A stretch of 64,000 nucleotides of DNA from positions 12,524,001 to 12,588,000 of the forward strand of contig CM022667.1 in assembly GCA_012295275.1 (NCBI GenBank). The letters run 5' to 3'. The notes beneath the pieces were generated by a model that saw only the letters and a list, made by a program, of their open reading frames with translations, was not told the DNA's origin and made no database searches. A program made the position numbers and the translations under genes. Positions 40,712-53,593 of this stretch are shown here, piece by piece. The stretch's first letter is position 1; every line of letters starts with the position of its first letter. The stretch is from Chrysomallon squamiferum. Its lineage: Eukaryota > Animalia > Mollusca.

Positions 40712-43036
40712 CGGATCGATTTGTCTTTCATACTTCTAGATTGTGGAGTAGATACACAAAAGGAAACATTTTGTTCAATGTGATTTTTCAAACTGCTATG
40801 GAGATTTTGAGATTATTCACAATTCTAAAATGCTGTGCTACCCATATTAAATTTTTAAAACAAGTTTAATACATCATTATTTAACTGGGTATAAATTTCA
40901 CCATTAAGCCCTTCACATTGTTTATGTTTTCCCCATCATTTCTTTCTTGTTAAGTTCCTCGTTTGATTAGGTTTACCATATTTTGGCTGTAAGAATTAAA
41001 TAAGATATTTAAAAATTAGATATGACTAAAAACATTTTAAGAGTGTGTTGTATAATTTGTTAATGAACTTATTTAAACAGTGTGTTTATTTATTTTATCA
41101 AATTTCTTTCTGCAGTTTGTTACTTAACAAATAAATTCAATTTTCATAAATCAGAATATTGCCAAAGGAAAAAAAAAAATGTACATCATTTCAAAATAAA
41201 ATATTTATGTACTCTGCCATATTTGAAGAAGTGCTGAGTTGTTTTCTTGCTTTTTTTTCTTTTTCTAAAATTCAACATTATTTATAACAATGTTAAATTT
41301 ATTATAAATAATTATAAAATAACATTAAACTGACACAAAATCGTGATGTAATTTGCTCTTTATTCTAATACTGTCATTCAGTATGCTATACTGATGGTCA
41401 GGTTTGGTTTCTCGATATTCAAATGTGGCTAATTTATACTTATTACTTTGGAAAATGGTCAACATTTATGTGCAATTGATGTAAAAAATAATATTAAATT
41501 TATAAAAATGTGTTTACTGTACTAAAATTTTTTTAAAATCAGTTGCAAAAACTTTGTGCTGTTTAAACTGGTTCTTAAAGATTAATTAAATTAATTGGTT
41601 GTATGTTAAAAGAGATATCAGTCAAGTCATTTGTCAGAACTAAAAAGACAATTCTAGCTAATCAGGTTAATATTTGATTATATCAGATTCGTCAAACATT
41701 ATCCCTAAATTGATCAACAAAAAAGAAAAAGTGACTGGAAGCGCAATTAATATTTAGCCTAATATTGAAATACATTTTCACAAAATTCTAGTGTTCTAGA
41801 GATATAAATTGAAATGTAGAACACTTAACTAACTATAAGCTAAATATTTTGTAAAATATTTCGGTCAACATTTTAATAAATATTAATAAATATGCATATA
41901 GTCATTAGATATGCCTTTTTAGAGATGTAATAACGCAATGATCGTATTAATTTATTTTTTAGTCTTAGTATTTTTATTTATTTTGTGCATATTTGTTAAA
42001 ACGCCAGGAGCAGAATCAAATGACATCAAGAAGGTTATCTTCATCAAATGAATATAAACATGAAACTGACTAAGTGTGATTTTGAAAGCTAAACTCGGTG
42101 ATGAATAAAAATAATAAATGATTAATGAACAATTTAAAAATTATCTTTTTGCTAATGTTTAAATTAGGCGAAACTGTTGATCATATGCTAATTATATATA
42201 TATCCGTTTCAATACAATAAAGATACTCATGCAGTATACTATAATATCTCCAGGCATAAATACAAACAGATTTTTACTTTAATTTAATTTCATTTCATTT
42301 CTTATAAATTGAACCTGAAGGTAAGCCATTACTTTTCTTCTTTAATTTTCTGAATGAGCACCACAATGGGACAGACTCAAATGCAACAAAATTATCACTA
42401 CGGTGAACAAGATGCACATAAAAGTCTAAAGTGCATCGCAAGTGTCATAAGACGTTATTTAATTATTATATCACAGGTTACAATACCTTTCTGGATTAGA
42501 CAGAAAGAGCGAACGTTTTTGAGGACACGTAGGCTTCGGTAACACTAACAGAAGACTGAATAAGGTGAAAGAATCTACTCAGCACTTGGCATGATAAATT
42601 AAATATTAAATTCTACCACAATATTGTTATTAATTTGTCTTTTGCACCATGTAAATAATCTATTAGCGTTAGTCAGTCTATATTATTTAATTCAGTGTAC
42701 AAATATATATATATATAATTACACTACTGCGCCAATAACTACGTCGCTGAATGAATAATGTTCATGGGGGTTAGTAGGTTACCGTATTTATGACGGAAAA
42801 TGTACCGGTACAGTAGTACTTGCGTTAAAGTGATACTGTATTATTTTTAAAAACAGTGACTGCATCAGCAACAATCAAAAATATATAAATAGTAATGAAT
42901 AAATAAATTAATATATATCAATAAAAGATTTTTCTTTTCTTTTTTTTTTAATTGTTAGACATAAGTTAACTAACACTCTCAAAGTTTTCTTTATATTAAT
43001 TTTTTTAACAGAAATCTACGATGTTCAACGCCTAGG

Positions 43037-46000
43037 ATGATTCGTGTTGCTGTAGTGGGAGCAGGTGCTGGTGGGCTGTGTGCCCTGCGACACCTCTGTG
43101 GAAAACCAGAGATATTCGATCCTGTTTGCTTCGAGCAGAGTAACAGAGTCGGAGGAACATGGGTTTACACAGACCAGACAGGCACTGATCAGTATGGCAT
43201 GCCCATATTTTCCAGCATGTACAAAAATTTAAAGTAAGCATAATAAGTAAGACATGAGTGTTGACTAATCATACTGATATAATGGGGTAAATATTTCAAA
43301 AATTTATTTGATTTTTTTAGGCATTTTCTTAGTACAACATTTTATAACCATATTTCAGATTTTCCAAAGCTGTTATTTTTCGTATCAAATATGATTACAA
43401 AGAAACCCTTTGTAAATGATAACCAATTAGATTATTTTAATTTAACACCTGATATTTCAGGAAATGATATATCTATTATGTTATGTGAGGTAGCTAGAAA
43501 GGTATTATTTTTCTGTCATAAAGTTACCTCAGACATACACACATATACAGACATTACATTCTCATAGTGAAAATTCAATTACAAAATGGGACTTTTTAAT
43601 TTTACAACTGGTGATTATTATTGAAAATGCAAGAGTTTGTTTTAAATAGTGAAGAACAAATTGTTGTGGAAGCAGAATAAATTATTTTAGTATTTATTAT
43701 TCTGCTTTCTGAATTGGTGTATTCTGAAACAAATATATATTCTAGTATATATTAAGATATGTTCTTCTTCTTTGTCGAATGCTATATGTTAGCAATTTAA
43801 CCAAATAAAAATTAACAAATTTCATAAACTTTCTTCAACATTTTAAAATCATTATGTTTCATTTATCTTCATTTTATGCATATTATTATTATTATTATTA
43901 ACCAGAACAAATTTGCCAAAAGAGACAATGGCATTCCTAGATTTTCCATTTAACAAGAATCTTCCATCTTTTGTTGAGAGTGACGATGTTTTGAAATACT
44001 TGGAGGATTATGCTAATCACTTTGATGTGGTCAAAAATATTAAGGTAAATTATTTTTTTTAAATTTATTCATATATGTTCGTACTTTTGTTTTTTAGTGA
44101 TGAAACAAATGGCTCACCTGTATTAATTATAAATAAATACAACAAAATCTTTCTGTCTATCTCTTAAAAAGACTGATAGGCTTCATAACTTTCCCTCACA
44201 CACACAAAACCAGGAAAAGACTAACAAGAACAACAACTCAGATTGATGGTTTTGTTTTCAGTAAGATATGTATTTATTATTATATATTCATTATTTTCAG
44301 TTTTTCAAATATGTTCAGAATATTAAGCCAATTCAAGAAGAACGGATCAAAGGGAAATGGGAGGTAACCTACAATGATGTCAGAAATAAGATGGAAATTT
44401 CTACTGACATTTTCGATGGTGTTATTGTCTGCAATGGGTAAGTTTTCAAAAGTTCAAAATTCAATTTGTATAATTTGATGTAATTTATTTTATGTTATCT
44501 TTTGTGTTTTATTTATTTATTTTTTTAATGAAAAAATTTCACAATAAGTCTGTAAATATTTTCAAAAGAGATGATAGAAAATGTCACTGAAATCGTAGAA
44601 TACACACCTACCCCATAAGATCAAAAACATTAGTAAAATAAAATAAAATAAAATAAAATAAAATAAAATAAAATAAAATAAAATAAAATAAAATAAAATA
44701 AAATAAAATAAAATAAAATAAAATAAAATGAATTAATTAAATGAAATGAAATAAAAATACTAGATGCAGAAAAATTAGTAATAATGAAAAAATGATGGAT
44801 AATTCAAAAAAGTAAAATGAAAATAACAAGAAATACCACAAACCTACAACAGGAAATAAATAAACATAGATGTCTTGGTATTATCCAGCTGGTGCCTTTT
44901 CTTTAATGTTTAATTTCACTTGTGATTAAATATTTCTAATCTGAAATTTGTTTCAAAGGAGTGAACTGACTTCATTTTCCTGTAAATGGAATGATAAGCA
45001 AGGATTAATTTCTAACTTTTTGTTTCAGCCATTATTCAGTTCCTCTTATTCCAGAAATAGAGGGGATGGAGAGTTTCAAAGGGAAGATAATCCATAGCCA
45101 CAATTACAGAGAAACGTCACCATTTAAAAACCAAAGAGTTGTCTGCCTTGGTGCTGCCTCCTCAGGAAATGATATAGCCATTATGTTAAGTGAGGTAGCT
45201 AGTAAGGTATTGTTTTTCAGTCATAAAGTTATCCTTACAGACATGCACACACAGCCATTCATGCACTCATACTGACATACAAACACACTGGAAAAAACAC
45301 ACACATGCACATAATTACATACATTTGGATACATATCCAACAACCCAAATATTCCAATACAAGTGTTGACTTTATTTTTTTATATTTTTCAAACAAAATA
45401 AAAATTACCATTACTAACAATAATTTAACAAGATCCTATTTTATTTGTAAAATTTGAACTTAAATAATTTAGTATTACTACTAATAATAGTGAATCTTTA
45501 TTATTCATGTGTATTAAATATTTTGAAATGTTTTCTATATTAATTCAGGTATATTTAAGTCACAACAAAGGGACTCTGAAAAGTAAGTTTCCAGACAGAG
45601 TAGAGATGAAACCAGGAATCCAGTGTTTGAAGGAGAACTCGGTGGTTTTCCGCGGAGGAGAAGAAAAAGAAATAGATGCCCTAATTTTATGCACCGGTTA
45701 CAGATACACCTTTCCCTTTCTTTCTGACGAGTGTAAACTGGACATAACTGATGAGAGAGTCACACCGCTGTACAAACACATTGTTCACACAAAATTTCCT
45801 TCTTTATTCTTCATAGGTGTCTGTAAAGTTATCTGTCCTTTTCCCCACTTTGATATGCAGGTTCAGTTTGCTTTGTCGGTGCTCCAAGGAACGACAGAAT
45901 TACCAACCAAAGAAGAAATGGACAGTGATATCGAGGCTGATTTCAAAAAGAGGCAGGAACAGGGATTACCATGGAGACATGCCCATCACATGAGAGAGAG

Positions 46001-46172
46001 GCAGTGGGGATATAATGATGAACTGGCAGCCATTGCAAAGTGTGAGCCTGTGCCTAGATATGTCGAAACTCTTTATAAATATGTTGAGACAGACAGAGCA
46101 ACAAATATTTTGAATTACAAGAAGAAAAATTATAAAATTACTGGTCCTGATACATTTGAAGAAGTGAAATAA
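43037..46172 (+). CDS. Flavin-containing monooxygenase (class B, soluble FMO GS-OX-like / invertebrate type), 424 aa, 5 coding exons
   Basis: Exons 43037-43233, 43906-44044, 44301-44437, 45029-45206, 45549-46172 (1275 nt). FAD motif VAVVGAGAGG, GGTW, SSMYKNLKTNLPKETM, FMO fingerprint FKGKIIHSHNY, NADPH motif GAASSG, LILCTGY; no C-terminal transmembrane helix. Confidence 0.95.
43457..43545 (+). repeat. Degenerate copy of the FMO exon-4 3' end plus intron-4 start, located inside FMO intron 1
   Basis: tcaggaaatgatatatctattatgttatgtgaggtagctagaaaggtattatttttctgtcataaagttacc aligns with 45162-45250 tcaggaaatgatatagccattatgttaagtgaggtagctagtaaggtattgtttttcagtcataaagttatcc. Confidence 0.85.
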
Positions 46173-46875
46173 ATGATAATTATGTATTTCTGTTTTATAA
46201 AAATATAAAACTATTCAAAGTGTGAGCAAAAACATCATGAACAGAATATACATAGATACATAACATACAAACATACATACATATATACATACATATTGTT
46301 TGAGTTAAATTAATCAGATAACATTTGATTACGTTTATGCAAGATTTTCACTTCCTGTCATATTTACAGTCATTTCTTTGAATAGATATTCAGAGCTAAA
46401 CCAGTATTGCTTAAACTCAGGTAAAAATAATAATGTGCTTTATATTTTATATTTCTAGTCTTTATATTTAGTATACACATATATATATATATTTAAAATA
46501 TATGTGTGGATATTATCATATGTTATATGAAATATACATAAACATGCACATGCACACACACACATACAATTTCAGAACGTTAAGGGAGTTATTTATTTTT
46601 GTGACGGACTAGGTAAAAAATATTTTTTTCTGTTTGTGTTTGTGTTTGTGTGTGTGTGTGTGTGTGTATACCTTTAGAAATATTGTTTATGTAATAATTT
46701 ATAATGTTTCTTTTTTAAAGATGGAAATCATTTATCACACATTTATTTTATCCCACTTTAAATCAGTCTTTCAACTACATTTTTAACAAAATTTTTATAA
46801 TTTTTATTGAAATTAATATTTATTGTTTTAAAATTATTTAATATGTCTTTATCATTGGCAGGTTCAGTAATAATA

Positions 46876-46915
<40 letters not shown>

Positions 46916-47219
46916 GTAATAATAAATAAATAAATAAACCAGAATTTATATATATATAATTGTTTGGGATAGAGGATCCAGTAAATGTTTTTACAGATGG
47001 GCGTGTTTAGGCAAATAGCTGTTTAAATACACTGAGATAAATATATAGGTTAATATATATTTATACATATACACACACATATAGTCATCGTTTGCATATG
47101 TATGAATATATATAAGAGAAAGCGAAAAAATAAATTAAGAAAAAAGAGTAACTTGTATTGTTTTTATTTATTCCTTTTCCTTTTTATTGTGATTTTTCAA
47201 TCCTCTGACGTAATCACGC

Positions 47220-47315
<96 letters not shown>

Positions 47316-47930
47316 TTTCATCACAGAATAACTGACATGTTGATGTAATTTACTGTCGGTGCGTATTTAAAGTCGATTACGAATGAGAAAAAAAACCTGT
47401 TAATATTTATTCATTGAGCCAAGATGCCGGATCATATCAATAACACAAAGCAGAAAACGTTTTTGAAAAGTTTAATCATGCAGTTTCGATTTGCACATGA
47501 GACGAGATACTTCTGATGTTTTGCTCTATAGCTACAGAAGAAAACAAACCCAAAATAGCGTAAGAACAAATAAAAACATAAAAGAAACCAGTGTATTATA
47601 TCGATTATCTAAAACAACGCAAGGTGGGGATTATAGAATGCAAATTTAATTTCCCTTCTTGAGGTATTCATAGTCATCTGACGTACCTGTCTATGAAGAT
47701 GAAATCTGTGCTTTCTGTCAGAACGTATGACATATCTGACAGCAGTGAAAGTAATGGACTAAAGCGATATTAAAATAAATTTGCAGGGTCAGTCTGTGTA
47801 GATTTTTATCAAGTGATAATATTAATATTCGGTGTACTAAATGCCCAGGAAATTATTACAGGAAAAAAACTTCTCGTATATTGATTATAAAAACCTTCCC
47901 CCCACCATGCAGAGAAAAATATTAAACAAA

Positions 47931-48175
47931 CAAACAAACAAACATAAATAAATAAATTAAATCAAAATTGCTCTATATTTCCACAGAGATACAGACGAAT
48001 ATTTTAGAAAAGTATCTTCAGTTTGGACACCCAAACGATTTTGTCGTGTGTAATTCAGACCTCTAGAGAAATACACTGAAACAGAATTTGTATGGCATAC
48101 ATATAAATATACTTGTGGTCGTAAATTTCAGGTCGAAATACATTTGTATCGAATTCTTATTAAGGTACTTGGTAT
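47931..48175. repeat. Left arm of an about 240-bp inverted repeat (partner 49858-50093); includes candidate TATA 48102-48108 of knottin gene A
   Basis: gaaatacatttgtatcgaattctta and cactgaaacagaatttgtatggcatacatataaatatac occur here, and as reverse complements at 49875-49900 and 49919-49957. Confidence 0.85.
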
Positions 48176-48490
48176 ATTATACTTGTATATTTGTACTGTA
48201 TGTTAATAATGACCAACAAGAGAGAGGTAAGTAATAAACGAATATATTCATGTCAAAGTCTGTCACTTCCCCTTTGATTTTCATCTTTTATTTCTGAGTT
48301 AATTAAATCTGTTTTACAGAAGCTAAATGTATAAATACAGCCACAGAATGGTCTGTGTTATTGCACCTCCGTGTTATTTTGTAAGTATATTTCTTGGTAG
48401 TTTTATATTTAGATTCATACATACACATGTGTACATACACACCTACCTATCTACTATGTACCTATATATACATTTATTCTTTGTATTGTA

Positions 48491-48543
<53 letters not shown>

Positions 48544-48689
48544 TACATTACATAACATTACTTTATACTATATTATATTATATTAATGCTTTTATTGTTG
48601 ATGTTGTCGTTGTTGTTACCGTTGCTGCTGCTACTGTTTTACATAACTATATATATATGATCTTTCTTTGCAGACGTTTATCGACAGTC

Positions 48690-50848
48690 ATGCATTGTTA
48701 TATATTTATCGGTTTGTTTTGCCTAGCAGTGAGTGTGCTAGCTCAGCAACCAGACGCCAAACTTTCTGCAGTAAGTTGACTACACTATGAAGTAATATTT
48801 GCATAAATACATAAATTTTGGTAAAGTATACTAATAATAGAAATATGAAGGTAATATATATGTGTGTACGTGTGCGTTTATTGGAGCTGGTGTGTTTTTT
48901 TTTTTTCTCGTGTTACTAAACTGTATTTATTGAACCATTGATGTTAAAAATGAAATAAATTTTATTGTTCTTGGGTTCACTTTCTACATGTATGTATATG
49001 TGTGTTTGTATATATGTATATATATTTATATGAATAAAAATATGTATGTATGTAATATTTACACCTGTATCAATCTTACCCTCTGTTTATTAATTTTTTT
49101 CATTTGTTTATTCATTTATGCATTTTTTTTTTTTTTTTATTTATTTGTTTATTTGCTTTTTATTTATTTAGTTATTTATTTCATTATTATTTATCTATTA
49201 TTTATTTATTTACATATTTGCATTTATTTATTTATTTATTTATTTATTTCATTATTATTTTTATTTATCTATTTATTTATTTATATATTTTTTATTTATT
49301 TTTTTTTATTATTTTTTATTTTTTTATTATTTTTTTTTTTATTTATTTATTTATTTACAGTGTTTCGATGAGGGAGACAAATGCCAGCTGACAGGGAAAG
49401 TAAAATGTTGTAGAAATCTGATCTGTAGAAAACAGAAAAGAGGCAACAAATATTATTGTCAGAAGAAAAATTCAGATAATGATGTAAGTATCACAAATAA
49501 ATAACATTCACACACACACACACACACAAAGAGACAGGCGTACACCACCTACACACCAACACACATACATGCAGATATGTATACATATATATATATATAC
49601 ATACATATATACATACACACTTACATGTATTCAAGATATTACAAGATATATATACTTACAAGATAACAAGAAGGTATGATAGATTATTCTGTGGCTGTGT
49701 TTATACATTTTGGTTCTGTAAAACAGATTTAATTAGCTAATTGAAATAAAAGGTAAAATCAAAGTGGAAATGACATACCGTGACAATAATATAGTCATCT
49801 ATTACATACCTCTCTCTTGTTGATCATTCTTAACATAGAATACAAACATACAAGTATAATATTAAGTGCATCAGTAAGAATTCGATACAAATGTATTTCT
49901 ACCTAAATTTGATGACACGTATATTTATATGTATGCCATACAAATTCTGTTTCAGTGCGTTTATCTAGAGGCCTGAGTTATATATCACAAAATCCTTTGT
50001 GTGTCCAAACTGAAGATATTTTTTTTTAAATATTCGTCTGTATGTCTGTGGAAATACAGAGAAGTTTTCATTTTATTTATGTTTGTTTGTTTGCTTTGTT
50101 TATTATTTTCTCTTCTTTGAAAAAAAAAAAAAACCTATAAAAACAAGAAAAAAAATAATAATAAAAAAAAATGTTGTAATTACTGTAATGGAGAAACAGA
50201 AGAGAAAAAAAAAATCAAATTTAAAATCAAAAATAAAATGAAATAAGATAAAAAAAAGTGTTTTTATAATCAAGAAAATACAAAAAGAAAACTATATTTA
50301 TGTGTGAGTCGTTGTTTTTTTTTGTGGGGCTTTTCCGGGAGGGGGAGTTGAGTAAAAATATAACAAAAGATCTACGAACTTTAAAATAAAAGACAAAAAA
50401 TCATTAAACGAAGATTTATTTAGTTATTTACATATTATTGATCTCGATCATATTTGGTCTGGTTTATGAACAAAAACATATGGAAAAGAACAACCTACAC
50501 CACCCCACCCAGAACCCTACCCCCTACCCCCCCGGGTGATACGTGCTTTGCTTCCTAAAACAAAATCTCTTGCAAAGTAGTCGATGAGTAGTCCACAGAA
50601 TAGCGAACGGAGGGTTTCCTCTCTGGTATCTCCTAGTAACGTTCCTAGTAATTTTTACCTTTTAATGTGTTGATGTTCGTTAAATATTTGTTTCTTCTTT
50701 ACTTTTCTTCTTTTCGCTGATTTTTAACGTTAAAATCTATTTTTAGTGTATCAGGAAGGGCGATAACTGTGAAAGAAATCGTGACTGCTGCAGATCGATG
50801 AAATGTGAAAAAAGTGGCGGGGTTTTTAACTCGAAAAAATGTCAGTAA
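48690..50848 (+). CDS. Knottin gene A: secreted double cystine-knot (ICK-like) peptide precursor, 101 aa
   Basis: Exons 48690-48770 MHCYIFIGLFCLAVSVLAQQPDAKLSA (signal peptide); 49361-49483 CFDEGDKCQLTGKVKCCRNLICRKQKRGNKYYCQKKNSDND; 50747-50848 CIRKGDNCERNRDCCRSMKCEKSGGVFNSKKCQ*. All junctions are phase-0 GT-AG; AATAAA at 50944. Confidence 0.9.
49858..50093. repeat. Right arm of the inverted repeat, inside the last intron of knottin gene A
   Basis: Reverse complement of 47931-48175 with scattered substitutions and indels. Confidence 0.85.
50540..50700 (+). mobile_element. Possible degenerate SINE 3' fragment
   Basis: 'gagtagtccacagaatagcgaacggagggtttcctctct...aatgtgttgatgttcgttaaata' resembles, from memory, 3' parts of gastropod core-SINEs; similar remnants near 500-580 and 7920-8030. 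Not verified by search. Confidence 0.3.
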
Positions 50849-52508
50849 CGTTAGCACTACCATATCACACGGAATATCAGAAAGAATTATTCAGCGGTTC
50901 CATTTTAGGAGTTATGTAAAATTACTAAAATTATAAGCCTGCTAATAAATGAAATAAGAAACAATAACTTTGTCTTTGTCGGTTTGTGTTGTTTTGTGTT
51001 TCAAAATAGCGTAATTTAAATCAAGGCAGAAATTCAGCCAAACACTCATACACGCACACACATAAGAACACACACAGACTCACTCAGACGTATGTTCTGG
51101 GAACCAAACACTGCCGTATTAAGAGCAGTGATGGAAATGGATTTTAGGACCTAGGTGTACGCTAAGGTCCATTAGCCAGGTCGTAAAGAAAAAGACAATA
51201 GACGCTATACAACTTAGTATTTTTTATCGTTTATTTCTTCACTGATCTTATCACGCTTTCTTTTAAAGTATTTCAGTACGCTCTTTTTAACAGAGATACA
51301 CTGCTATTCGATAGTGACATACGTAACAATATATTTTCACTTTACCAAATAAACATATGTGACTCTATACTAAAACTGAAATTGCCTATAAACTATAAAC
51401 TAAAATTTTGCAGTCGTCATGTTAATCACTAATTTACAGTTCTATAGGAACCACTGACCAGTCGAGCTGCTTTCAGTCGACAGTTTTGTACGCATGAGTC
51501 ACGTTTTCCACGTCATTCACAAAACGGAATCGTACTGTATCATAATTCATAAATGTCCTGTCCCCTAATCGAGAAACCATAACACTCACATACAGATATT
51601 AATTCTAGTAAATATAGATATAAATACAAGTAAAAATTAGAATCTGTGTATGTATGTATGTATGTATGTATGTATGTATGTATGTATGTATGTATGTATA
51701 TATGTATGTATGTATGTGGGTATGTATATATGTATGTATGTATGTGTGTATGTATGTATGTATATGTGTGGTTTGAAGGCGTATGTATATATATAATTTC
51801 TATTTATTTATTTATTGTTGTTGTTGTTGTTGTTGCTATTATTGTTTGTTATTATTGTTACAAAAGCTTCTGCAATGACATTTTATTGGCAGACTTTATG
51901 CTATCGGGATTAATACCTTTAAAAAACTGAACATGTACTGAACAATACAAGATTTGTACACTATAAGGCGGTTAGCTGGATGTAGCTACAGAAGACGTAT
52001 TTGACAATCGTCATCAAATTAATCTTACCACTAATTTATTAACTATTCCTAATAAATGACCTCATGAAATTATTCGTATTTCCGAGTTATTATTTTGTCG
52101 TTTTGGACTACCTGTCGTCATGGTTACTCATAACAAACTGACGTGTAAAACAACAGTACTCTTAGTACATTTGAACGCAGCCATTTTAATCCCTTCACGT
52201 TAGTAGGCGCGTTGTTATGACAACGCTAGCAGTCACGTCAGGCTAACAGATCTCTAAACGTCACGTTAATTAAATTAAGTTAAATCGTTTGTTTATAAAT
52301 AATAGAAAACAAAGGGAACTAACGATTCTAAGATTGGACGAGATAGCTTTAAATCATGAAGATAGTTATTCGTTGTTTAGCATCTGGATGTGCGTTATGG
52401 TGTGAAAAATTAGTAGTAGTAGTAGTAGTAATTGTATCATCATCATCATCATCATCATTATCAGTATTATTATTATTATTATTATCATCATCATCATCAT
52501 CAACATCA

Positions 52509-52567
<59 letters not shown>

Positions 52568-53059
52568 GTCATCATTGTTATAAAAGTCTATTAATGTACC
52601 AGAAATAAATAAATATATTTATGGAGCGAGAGAGAACAGAAAAGAAAGGGTTCCTTTTTGACTGGAATTCTCTGCAATTATTTATGATGTCTTGTGCCAA
52701 AGCGCTGTAGGGAATCATTTCTCTCTTATACGAATCAAAATTTATGTTTCTGAATATTATTTACAGACCACTCGATATCTTCTGAATAAATTATATGATT
52801 ATAACCAAAAAATAAATCTGATACCAGTGCATGCCGTTTTTCAGTTCTGTGGTATCAATATTTTGTATCCGTATTAGATAAATAATTATCCAACACTGCT
52901 GTCTCATTTATTTGATTTGCCCATTTCCATAAATAGATTTCAATGAGTCCATCTGTGTTTGAAATAAGTATATATTATTTGGGTGTGTATGCGTGTGCGC
53001 GCAAATGTGTTTGTATGAGACAGTATGTGGAGAAGTATGATAGTATGTGTTGAGTGTGT

Positions 53060-53124
<65 letters not shown>

Positions 53125-53280
53125 TTGGCAAGTACGTATGTCATAGTTGTAAGTTTGTTTCTGTAAACATTTTTTTTCCAGAACTACAGTACAGTTTTCA
53201 AAGAACGAGAACACAACAAATTATGAATTGTTTATTCAGAAAAAACAAACAACTAATTAAAACAATTTAATAATTGTAAA

Positions 53281-53562
53281 TTACTGACATGTTTTTCTAT
53301 TTCCTCTTCCCTTGCATTGATTGCTGCAACACTCGTTGTTTCTGTTACAGAAATCATTTCTTCTTCTGCACTGAAAACATATTCAGGTATTTCATTTACT
53401 TTTCCTATAACCTAAATACCTGTTTAAGCATATACCAAAACACAAAAACAGATTTATATTGTCAACAATTGTAAATCCACATTCTTAAATATATTATTAT
53501 TATTATTGTTGTTGCTACTATTGCTCCTGCTGCTGTTTTTTTTTTTTTTTTTTTTTTTTGTA

Positions 53563-53593
<31 letters not shown>

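Noticed and set aside
51000-53200. Search for a fourth knottin gene between A and B
   Set aside because: No C-C-CC-C-C exon or leader exon found by eye on either strand.
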